A program made the position numbers and the translations under genes. A stretch of 38,970 nt of DNA from a virus, in IMG/VR virus record IMGVR_UViG_3300045988_077187, positions 1 through 38,970 of that record. One strand, 5' to 3'. The notes below the pieces were generated by a model. The model was not told where the DNA came from. It did not search any database and saw nothing but the letters and a program-made list of their open reading frames with translations. Shown here in pieces: positions 1-6,324 of this stretch; position 1 is the first letter of the stretch; each line of letters opens with the position of its first letter.

Positions 1-119
1 ATTTTTTTTTTGGCGTGAGACTCAAACTCGCGCCGGAAACTCAACCTCGGGTGTGGAAAAATTTGCGGCACTGTAGTGTCCGTGGAATTTTTTACACCCG
101 TTTTTTTAACATGCGCCCC
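1..119. repeat. Left copy of exact 119-nt terminal direct repeat
   Basis: Nt 1-119 (ATTTTTTTTTTGGCGTGAGACTC...CATGCGCCCC) are identical to 38852-38970. Identity stops at nt 120. Confidence 0.95.
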
Positions 120-173
120 TCTCTCAGCTATGGCTGGGGGAGGGACTTTTTGTTGTTCGGTGGCTTGTTCCGT

Positions 174-195
174 GGCAACATTTTGGCAACATTTT
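174..195 (+). repeat. Tandem GGCAACATTTT x2, candidate integrase arm-type site (P arm)
   Basis: GGCAACATTTTGGCAACATTTT at 174-195 is identical to 383-404. A single extra GGCAACA lies at 235-241. The two copies flank the tRNA-like core at 298-323. Confidence 0.6.
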
Positions 196-267
196 TTAGA
201 AAACGACGTGATTTTCGTAATCTCGATAAACATTGGCAACAGTCGCAAACCGTTGGAAATAAAGGAG

Positions 268-289
268 AAGCCGCCATTTCTGGCGGCTT
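268..289 (-). terminator. Hairpin downstream of the tRNA-like fragment
   Basis: AAGCCGCC-ATTTCT-GGCGGCTT forms a perfect 8-bp stem. On the minus strand it follows the tRNA-like 3' end and is followed by CTCCTTTATTTCC, which is only moderately U-rich. Confidence 0.4.
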
Positions 290-297
290 TCAATCCG

Positions 298-323
298 TGG
301 AGATGCGGGGAATCGAATCCCGC
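298..323 (-). other. tRNA 3'-end mimic (T-loop plus 3' acceptor strand); candidate attP core
   Basis: The minus strand reads GCGGGATTCGATTCCCCGCATCTCCA: TTCGATT T-loop, CCCCG 3' T-stem strand, CATCTCC acceptor strand, A discriminator. There is no D arm, no anticodon arm and no complementary 5' acceptor strand upstream, so only the 3' part of a tRNA is present. It lies about 35 nt from the integrase stop. Confidence 0.6.
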
Positions 324-357
324 TACATCAAGCCCGAAAGCCCTACTCCCACTTGAA

Positions 358-1488
358 TCACGCCGCGCTCGCAGTCGTTTTTGGCAACATTTTGGCAACA
401 TTTTCCCGAAGCAGCAACGAATCCATCGCCAGACCGACCGCGTCCAGATCGTCGTCGAACAGGTCGGCGTACACATCCAGGGTCATCGCCGCGCTCGCGT
501 GGCCGAGCTGGTTCTGGATGGCCTTGACGTTCGCTCCGGAGCTGACCATGAGGCTCGCCGCGGTATGGCGCAGGTCGTGGTAGGTGAGTCCGAGAGGGAC
601 ACCGGCGCGCCTCTTCGCCCGCCAGAACCACTTGGTCGGGTCGTTCGGCGGTGCGGTGCGCGCCAGATATCCGCCGTCCTGCGCAGGGAACAGCGGCTCG
701 CAGCCTTCCCTTCCCGCGCACCGCTCGCGCAGCGGGGCGTCGAGTGTTCTGGGGAACACGACCTGCCTCGGCCTGCCGGATTTTGGCAGGTCTACCACTA
801 CCTCGTGGCCGACTGTGGTGGCGCTCCGTCTGACCGAAAGCCGGTGTCTGGCGAAGTCCACGTCCTCGACGTGCAGGCCGGCCATCTCGCCCCATCTCAG
901 TCCGCACAGGCCAAGCACGAGCACCATCGTCCGCCGGTCGCCGGATTCGTCGGCGAGTCGGAACAGCTGTTCGATGGTGAGGTACGTGTGCTCCTTGCGC
1001 TTCTTGCGTGGCGTCTCGATGCCGTCACATGGGTTGGATGGGATGAGCCTGTCGGACACGGCGTCGGCGCAGATGCCGCGCAGGATTCCGAGGTTGCGCA
1101 GCACGACGGTGGCGCTCTTGCTTTCGGCCTGCCCGCTGACCCATTCCTGGATTTCGGCGCGGGTCAGTGATTCGAGCGTGCGCGCGCCCCATTGCGGTTC
1201 GACATGGACGCGCCATGCTCGTTCGAGCGATTCGACGTAGCTGGCCTTTGACGAGACGCGCTTCTTGGCTATCCATGCCGGCCAGAGTCCGCCGACCTTC
1301 CGGCGTCCGGCCTGCGGGTCGATGTACGTTCCGCTGGCCTTGGCGACGGTGACGTGTTCGGCCAGCCATTCCTGGGCGTCACGTTTGCGTTGGAAGCCGC
1401 GCCGGCTGGTCTGCGTGCCGTCTGGTTTGCGGTAGATGACGCGCCATCGGCGTCCGTTCTTGGTGTCGTATGCGTCAATGGTCGCCAT
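358..1488 (-). CDS. int: Tyrosine recombinase / phage integrase
   Basis: 376 aa. N-terminal SAM-like domain (RRWRVIYRKPDG...). Catalytic signature GLRWGE (R), HDLRHTAAS (HxxR), LGHASAAMTLDVYADL (H...Y). Adjacent to the attP-like region. Confidence 0.95.
   Translation of the reverse strand: MATIDAYDTKNGRRWRVIYRKPDGTQTSRRGFQRKRDAQEWLAEHVTVAKASGTYIDPQAGRRKVGGLWPAWIAKKRVSSKASYVESLERAWRVHVEPQWGARTLESLTRAEIQEWVSGQAESKSATVVLRNLGILRGICADAVSDRLIPSNPCDGIETPRKKRKEHTYLTIEQLFRLADESGDRRTMVLVLGLCGLRWGEMAGLHVEDVDFARHRLSVRRSATTVGHEVVVDLPKSGRPRQVVFPRTLDAPLRERCAGREGCEPLFPAQDGGYLARTAPPNDPTKWFWRAKRRAGVPLGLTYHDLRHTAASLMVSSGANVKAIQNQLGHASAAMTLDVYADLFDDDLDAVGLAMDSLLLRENVAKMLPKTTASAA
383..404 (+). repeat. Tandem GGCAACATTTT x2, candidate integrase arm-type site (P' arm)
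   Basis: Identical 22-mer to 174-195, in the same orientation. It lies inside the 3' end of the integrase CDS. Confidence 0.6.
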
Positions 1489-1690
1489 CTTCCGCCTTCT
1501 TCCGTGGCCTGCCGCCGCCGACGCCTCGGCCGGGGCGGCTGGCGTTCCACCGGTCGATGGTGTCCTCGCGCCAGCCTCTGGCCTTGCCGACGACCACGTC
1601 GGGGTCGGGCAGCCTGTAGCGTGCCAGTGCGCCTTTGGTGATTCCGAGGCGTTCGGCCACCTCGGTCATGCTCAGATAGCGTTCAGTCAT
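1475..1690 (-). CDS. xis: Excisionase-family HTH DNA-binding protein
   Basis: Start chosen at MTERYLSMTEVAERLGITKGALARYR... (HTH_17/MerR-like). It overlaps the int start by 14 nt and the upstream gene's stop by 8 nt, consistent with translational coupling. Confidence 0.7.
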   Translation of the reverse strand: MTERYLSMTEVAERLGITKGALARYRLPDPDVVVGKARGWREDTIDRWNASRPGRGVGGGRPRKKAEDGDH

Positions 1691-1916
1691 CCTTGCCGCC
1701 CCGTCTGTCCATGGCGAGCGTGGCAAGGCTCCAGATGCCGGCCGCGAGTCCGAACAGTCCGGCCTGCCATGGTTTTCCAGCGAAGCCGAGCATGGCCGAC
1801 AGCAGGCCGCATGTGATGCCGCAGACGGCGAATATGGTGCTTGTTTTCATGATGGCCATGAAATAGGATGGAACCGGGGTTCCGGGCACTAGGTCTGCTC
1901 GGAACCCTTTCGTCAT
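1683..1916 (-). CDS. Small membrane protein (2 predicted TM segments)
   Basis: 77 aa with hydrophobic stretches IFAVCGITCGLLSAMLGF and GLFGLAAGIWSLATLAM. Its ATG overlaps the stop of the upstream 35-aa ORF (ATGA). Confidence 0.6.
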   Translation of the reverse strand: MTKGFRADLVPGTPVPSYFMAIMKTSTIFAVCGITCGLLSAMLGFAGKPWQAGLFGLAAGIWSLATLAMDRRGGKDD

Positions 1917-2020
1917 CTCTTATGGCGTGGTCTGCGCCGGATCGAGATGACGAGCGCCGCCAGTGCGATGATGTTGCTCACCACCGAGCTGATGGCGGTC
2001 ACGATGTCCGTCCATTTCAT
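1913..2020 (-). CDS. 35-aa single-TM peptide (below the ORF-track cutoff)
   Basis: Hand translation: MKWTDIVTAISSVVSNIIALAALVISIRRRPRHKR. Preceded by GGAGGTGAGC-ATG. Its stop overlaps the next start (ATGA). It is the first gene after a consensus-like promoter. Confidence 0.5.
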   Translation of the reverse strand: MKWTDIVTAISSVVSNIIALAALVISIRRRPRHKR

Positions 2021-2047
2021 GCTCACCTCCTTTCCGTTGACATAACT

Positions 2048-2076
2048 ATTATAACAAAGTATGTAAAGTAATGCAA
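2048..2076 (-). promoter_or_regulatory. Sigma-70-like leftward promoter TTGCAT-N17-TATAAT
   Basis: The minus strand reads TTGCAT (2076-2071), a 17-nt spacer, then TATAAT (2053-2048), about 28 nt upstream of the ATG at 2020. A plus-strand TTGACA (2037-2042) lies back-to-back, which suggests a divergent promoter region. Confidence 0.55.
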
Positions 2077-2206
2077 GTCAGAACACGACGAACCACACTC
2101 ACCAAAATCATCAAAATGTGTCAGGATTATCCAGATTGTGAAGAAATGTAGACGATGCCGCGCGCTCGCATGTAGTTTGAAAGACAAGGCAAGGGAAGGG
2201 CGTGCG

Positions 2207-2734
2207 ATGAAGTCGATGACATATGGAGAGGCGAGACAGATTGCACGCGATCTCGCGAAGGATACATTGGAGAACTACTGGTCCGGCTCATACCCGGTGG
2301 ATCCGGTAGCGATAGCACGGAGCGCCGGGATAGAGGTTTACAGCTCACAGCTTGGGGTGGATACATGGGGCATGCTTGTCGGCGGCGACAACAGTGTCAC
2401 CATGTACCTTGACAAGGACCAGCCGTTGAACAGAATGCGCTTCAGCGCTGCGCATGAGCTTGGCCATTATATGACGCACACCGCATCTGATGAACGGCTC
2501 GCGGATTATGTCAAGGTGATACCAGCCGGCAAAGGATACGTGGACAAACGTAGCGACGCCGGACGCGGGAACCTCTTCGAGGTGATCGCGAACGAATATG
2601 CCGGGGCACTTCTCATGCCGGAGCAGGAACTGCGGAGAATGGCGAAAGCCGACGACAGCAACATATCCATAGCGAGAGCCTTCCGTGTATCCGTGGATGC
2701 CGTCGCATACAGACGAAAGATCCTCGCGCTGTGA
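2207..2734 (+). CDS. ImmA/IrrE-family zinc metallopeptidase (orphan copy)
   Basis: HEXXH motif in FSAAHELGHYMTH. COG2856-like C-terminal ANEYAGALLMPEQELRR. Start chosen at MKSMTYGE after GGGAAGGG. Confidence 0.8.
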   Translation: MKSMTYGEARQIARDLAKDTLENYWSGSYPVDPVAIARSAGIEVYSSQLGVDTWGMLVGGDNSVTMYLDKDQPLNRMRFSAAHELGHYMTHTASDERLADYVKVIPAGKGYVDKRSDAGRGNLFEVIANEYAGALLMPEQELRRMAKADDSNISIARAFRVSVDAVAYRRKILAL

Positions 2735-3150
2735 CGAAGGAAGAGGATTACTTCGGATGGGCCGACGCGTCGGATGACGACGGCATCCCATCCATCGATG
2801 ACGATTTCGCGCAGATCGATGACATGCCTCCAAGGGATGACGATTCACAGATCGACAAACTGCCGGATGATCTAGGTATGGAACATTCCTCCCAACCAGT
2901 CTCCGAAGACGCAAGCATGAGCATGCTGCTCAAAGCTGCTGGGTGGCATCCGTTCCTCCACCTATTCGTCAGAATCTCGAACATGCTATACGGAAATTAT
3001 CCAGAATGGCAACGCCCCAACATCCTCGCATCAAAGCACAGACGCATGTTCTGGTACTCATGGATAAGCGATCAAATAGTCCAGTGGCTATGTGTATTGG
3101 GAGTCCTGGCATTCGTCGCCGTCACTGCATGGAAAGCACTTTTCGCATAA
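2731..3150 (+). CDS. Acidic N-terminal / C-terminal TM protein
   Basis: GTG start overlaps the peptidase stop (GTGA). The N-terminal about 60 aa are very D/E-rich. C-terminal hydrophobic segment WLCVLGVLAFVAVTAW. Confidence 0.5.
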   Translation: MTKEEDYFGWADASDDDGIPSIDDDFAQIDDMPPRDDDSQIDKLPDDLGMEHSSQPVSEDASMSMLLKAAGWHPFLHLFVRISNMLYGNYPEWQRPNILASKHRRMFWYSWISDQIVQWLCVLGVLAFVAVTAWKALFA

Positions 3151-3260
3151 ACAAACCCCGGCGCTCGCGGTATGCGGGCGAGCCAGTATTCAACGCCATC
3201 TTCTTCGTGGGAAAGCGCGTCGAGCTCGTTCGCGTGACGTGCTATCTCGTTTTTGTCCAT
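3072..3260 (-). CDS. Hypothetical 62-aa protein
   Basis: Strong RBS AAGGAGGAGACAC-ATG. The first about 36 codons have GC-rich third positions. The 3' 79 nt overlap the convergent gene 2731-3150. Confidence 0.45.
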   Translation of the reverse strand: MDKNEIARHANELDALSHEEDGVEYWLARIPRAPGFVYAKSAFHAVTATNARTPNTHSHWTI

Positions 3261-3274
3261 GTGTCTCCTCCTTG

Positions 3275-3318
3275 ATGGTTGGGATGATTTCCTGACCTCA
3301 GGAAATCATCCCAACCAT
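3275..3318. repeat. 44-nt near-perfect palindrome (21-bp arms, 2-nt centre)
   Basis: ATGGTTGGGATGATTTCCTGA-CC-TCAGGAAATCATCCCAACCAT. It ends 3 nt from the RBS of gene 3072-3260 (-). The 18-mer ATGATTTCCTGACCTCAG occurs at 3284-3301 and again at 3319-3336. Confidence 0.85.
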
Positions 3319-3380
3319 ATGATTTCCTGACCTCAGCAAAATGGTCTAATCCCAGTGTTTCCAACGGTTCCCGCATGGTT

Positions 3381-3420
3381 TGCAATTCACTCCAATTCAC
3401 TGCAAATCACTGCAATTACC
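3381..3420. repeat. 4 x 10-nt tandem repeat
   Basis: TGCAATTCAC TCCAATTCAC TGCAAATCAC TGCAATTACC, head to tail. Followed by TGTGGGCA x2 (3428-3435 and 3439-3446, 11-nt pitch). Confidence 0.85.
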
Positions 3421-3460
3421 GGAAAAGTGTGGGCAAAATGTGGGCACGGATTGGCGTGGC

Positions 3461-3967
3461 TCACCAGACCATCGGTAGTCCGAGGCATTGGCGCGCCCAC
3501 CGTTCCACGGCACGATTCTCCTCGTCATCGCCAAGCATGAGGAGGAAGCCGGCGTTCTTGCCGAGGGTGGCGGGCTGTAGACATTTGATGAGTCCTTGGT
3601 CGCGGAGGAATTTCCATGCTTGGACGATTCGGACCTTGGCGGTGCCTTCACGTGCTTTCATCGCGGCTTCCACCTCTTCTTCCGACTTGCCGATGACTTG
3701 CTCGGGGGAGAGTGCCATCATTCCGTGGTCTTCGGCAAGCGTCTTCCAGCCCTTCGTGTAGTAGCGGCATGGATAGCCCTTGAATTTAGCGTCGCGGATT
3801 GGCTCTTGGTGTTCTCTGTCCCAGTCGTAGCTTGAGAGCGCCATGTCGATGAGCATGAGTTCCGCCATCGTGTGCACCGTGATCTTGCCGCCTCGCGGCT
3901 TGAGCAGTTTTCCTGCGCGGCTGAGCTCGTAGACTGCTCCAGCGTTGCGGTATCCCATCTTTTCCAT
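3461..3967 (-). CDS. Hypothetical protein, possible winged-helix DNA-binding domain
   Basis: Start chosen at MEKMGYRNAG after GGAGAGGAAAGCG. The C-terminal VRIVQAWKFLRDQGLIKCLQP...GFLLMLG resembles a wHTH. No confident family call. Confidence 0.6.
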   Translation of the reverse strand: MEKMGYRNAGAVYELSRAGKLLKPRGGKITVHTMAELMLIDMALSSYDWDREHQEPIRDAKFKGYPCRYYTKGWKTLAEDHGMMALSPEQVIGKSEEEVEAAMKAREGTAKVRIVQAWKFLRDQGLIKCLQPATLGKNAGFLLMLGDDEENRAVERWARQCLGLPMVW

Positions 3968-3975
3968 CGCTTTCC

Positions 3976-4060
3976 TCTCCACGCCTAGAGGTAGAATCTT
4001 ACGTGGAGACGCTAGTCCGTTTCCTGCCCTTGGCGTGAGGTTTGAAGAGCACGCCAAGGG
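3976..4060 (-). promoter_or_regulatory. Structured 5' leader with RBS-sequestering hairpin
   Basis: An 8-bp inverted repeat TCTCCACG (3976-3983) / CGTGGAGA (4002-4009) includes the GGAGA of the RBS of gene 3461-3967. A second, perfect 11-bp stem is CCCTTGGCGTG (4027-4037) / CACGCCAAGGG (4050-4060). Confidence 0.4.
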
Positions 4061-4160
4061 CTTTTCCTTATGTGAAATAATATACCACATGAGGTGTATT
4101 AAACACACCCACAGAGATAGATTATTTTAAAACTCATAGGGATGTTTAAATATCCTATAT

Positions 4161-4175
4161 ACATGTATTACATGT
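4161..4175. repeat. 15-nt perfect palindrome ACATGTATTACATGT in AT-rich divergent intergenic region
   Basis: Read directly from the sequence. It lies between divergent genes 3967(-) and 4284(+), in the most AT-rich stretch of the window. Confidence 0.7.
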
Positions 4176-4283
4176 GTTTATATATTTCTTTTACAAGAGC
4201 GCCAATGCACCGAAGAAAGGAAGAATCGGCACGTTCCAATCCCCATCTGTGGTAGCTTGAAGCAGAGAGAAGGAAGGGGAAAA

Positions 4284-5069
4284 ATGAAGAAACTGATTTA
4301 CTTCGTGCTATCCGTGCTGTGTGCAATCTCCGGTATCTACGGCATATACGACACCATCACCACGCCGAAGTACGATCTGGCCACAAGCATCATTGCGGTT
4401 CTACTCCTCGCATTCCTCGCATGGCTTTTCATGCATCTCTTCCTCAAGCCTGAGCCACGCCATAAGCATCAAGCGGAGAGTGCCCCTGAATCATCGTCGG
4501 AAGCCGTCTCAGACGCTCCAGCAGTGGAAACGGTACCAATCACTCATGCCGACACGAATGATGGCGTGGAGGACGATTACGTGGCCATCGACATCGAGAC
4601 CACGGGATTGGGCAGAAGCGCTCGAATCATCGAGCTAGGAGCCGTGAGAATCAGGCACGGACGCAAGGTCGCGTCATTCAGCCAGCTCGTCAACCCGCAG
4701 ATTCCGATACCGGCCAAGGTCACGCAGATCAACGGCATCACCGACCGGGACGTCAAAGGCAAACCCACCATCGACAAAGCGCTACCCAAGTTCTACGCTT
4801 TTTGCGGTCATGATACGTGGATAGGGCACAATATTCGCCGCTTCGACCTGCCGGTCATCGCCCGCGAAGCCGAAAGAGCGGGCGTCGGCATGCCGGACGT
4901 CAGCTTCTACGACACCTTGGAAATCTCTCAGACACTCTTGCCGCAGCTTGACCGCCATAGGCTGCTCGACCTCATCCGCTATTTCGGCATCGCCAAGACG
5001 GAGCGTCATAGGGCCGCCGACGATGCCGCACAGACGGCACAGGTATTCGAGCGCCTGAAGCAAATATAA
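4284..5069 (+). CDS. Membrane-anchored DEDDh 3'-5' exonuclease (DnaQ/epsilon-like domain)
   Basis: Two N-terminal TM segments (LIYFVLSVLCAISGIYGIY; IIAVLLLAFLAWLFMHLFL). Exo I VAIDIETTG, Exo II GHNIRRFDLPV, Exo III HRAADDAAQTAQVF. RBS GAAGGAAGGGGAAAA-ATG. Confidence 0.85.
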   Translation: MKKLIYFVLSVLCAISGIYGIYDTITTPKYDLATSIIAVLLLAFLAWLFMHLFLKPEPRHKHQAESAPESSSEAVSDAPAVETVPITHADTNDGVEDDYVAIDIETTGLGRSARIIELGAVRIRHGRKVASFSQLVNPQIPIPAKVTQINGITDRDVKGKPTIDKALPKFYAFCGHDTWIGHNIRRFDLPVIAREAERAGVGMPDVSFYDTLEISQTLLPQLDRHRLLDLIRYFGIAKTERHRAADDAAQTAQVFERLKQI

Positions 5070-5098
5070 GCTTTATAAAAACTTATAAGACAATATAA

Positions 5099-5121
5099 AA
5101 GCCCCACAGATTGTGGGGCTT
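5099..5121. terminator. Bidirectional intrinsic terminator between convergent genes
   Basis: AAGCCCCACA-GAT-TGTGGGGCTT forms a 10-bp stem. Flanked by an A-run upstream and TTAATGCTTTT downstream. Confidence 0.75.
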
Positions 5122-5128
5122 AATGCTT

Positions 5129-5419
5129 TTAGAGACTGTTCACGGCATTATAGAATTCCTGCGCGTCCTCGGCTTTTTTGAATTTCAGCGGCAGTGAGCG
5201 CAACGCACTGTATTTCCATGTGACGGTGCGCTTCTTGATCGTCACTCCTTGCAGGTCGCTCACCTGGTATGCTTCGGTCTTCTTGTACCGGTGCAGGTAC
5301 GTCGTGCAGACATCCAATTCCAGGCGATTGGCATACAGGCGGATACCCATAAACAGCGGGTCGTCAAGCCTTTCGCACTCGTAGATCGCGTCCGGTGCTG
5401 GCTGTGGTCTCTTCGCCAT
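5129..5419 (-). CDS. Hypothetical protein (last gene of the repressor operon)
   Basis: 96 aa. RBS GGGAGCAATC-ATG. No recognisable motif. Confidence 0.6.
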   Translation of the reverse strand: MAKRPQPAPDAIYECERLDDPLFMGIRLYANRLELDVCTTYLHRYKKTEAYQVSDLQGVTIKKRTVTWKYSALRSLPLKFKKAEDAQEFYNAVNSL

Positions 5420-5456
5420 GATTGCTCCCTTCTTCTTTTCTCCTTGATTCTATTGC

Positions 5457-5906
5457 TCAAATGATGCAGACTCGCTCAGACATTGCCAGTCGGAAGTCTC
5501 CGAGCACCTGCTGGGTCACCTCCAGTTCCTGGGAGATGTTCCACGAATTCCCTTCGTACATTTGTTCCAGCATGCCGTAGCGGAGTGGGTCTATCAGCGT
5601 CAAGGCAGTTTCGCGTCTCGCCCGCCGCTCTAATTTCGAACTATCGTTCGAACAGCCGGTGTCGCCATGCCGCCAATGCAAGAGCTCGTGCACGAGCGTG
5701 CACCGTTTTGCCGTGTACGTGAGCCTGCGGTCAATCAAGATGACATGATTCTCGGCGTCGTAGCAGCCCCATAGTCCGTCCGGAAGTATGGCGCTGGACG
5801 CGGTGACGGGCAGTCCGATGATGGCGCGGCGCATGGCCCCGTATGTCATGCGCCGGTCGATCGGCAGGTCAGGCAGGCTCGTCGTAATCCGGCCCAGCCT
5901 CTCCAT
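5457..5906 (-). CDS. ImmA/IrrE-family zinc metallopeptidase paired with the CI-like repressor
   Basis: HEXXH in TLVHELLHWRHGD. Start chosen at MERLGRI after AGGAGG plus a 6-nt spacer. It overlaps the 3' end of the repressor gene by 38 nt. Confidence 0.8.
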   Translation of the reverse strand: MERLGRITTSLPDLPIDRRMTYGAMRRAIIGLPVTASSAILPDGLWGCYDAENHVILIDRRLTYTAKRCTLVHELLHWRHGDTGCSNDSSKLERRARRETALTLIDPLRYGMLEQMYEGNSWNISQELEVTQQVLGDFRLAMSERVCII

Positions 5907-6246
5907 TAATAGCCTCCTGCTTGCCAGCGGCCCGATACGCCGCAAGGGCCACGTCGCCCCTCTGCAGCTTGTTGAGGGTTTCGGCGGTTCTTTTTTCTTC
6001 CTGTGCTGCCAGCGCGTTTGCGAATAGCTGACGCAATGTCATCCCGCATGTCTTGGCGATTCGCTCGCAGTCCGATACCGTCAAGGGCGCGTCGAACCGG
6101 GCGCGGACGAACCAATAGTTGCGGCTGAATCCACATTTCGCGGCGAAATCCGTAGCGGTCATACCGCTCCTGGATTGCAGTGCTTTGCAGTATTCCATGA
6201 CGCTCCGCGCTCCGGCGGTAACGTCAGTGTTAGCTCTTGTTCCCAT
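5869..6246 (-). CDS. CI-like XRE-family HTH repressor (no S24 autopeptidase domain)
   Basis: HTH SGMTATDFAAKCGFSRNYWFVRAR. 125 aa, divergent from the Cro-like gene. An alternative start MEYCKAL lies at 6198. Confidence 0.85.
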   Translation of the reverse strand: MGTRANTDVTAGARSVMEYCKALQSRSGMTATDFAAKCGFSRNYWFVRARFDAPLTVSDCERIAKTCGMTLRQLFANALAAQEEKRTAETLNKLQRGDVALAAYRAAGKQEAINGEAGPDYDEPA

Positions 6247-6260
6247 GGCTCCATGATACC

Positions 6261-6324
6261 CAATTGTGTACTTTTTGTAAAGTAATCAATTAAGTACTCT
6301 CGTAAGAGTATCCAATTAAGTACT
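6261..6324. promoter_or_regulatory. Three 12-nt operator-like direct repeats at exact 26-nt pitch
   Basis: CAATTGTGTACT (6261-6272), CAATTAAGTACT (6287-6298), CAATTAAGTACT (6313-6324). Candidate leftward promoter TTTACA-N17-TATCAT ends 6 nt before the repressor ATG, which would give a near-leaderless transcript. Confidence 0.65.
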
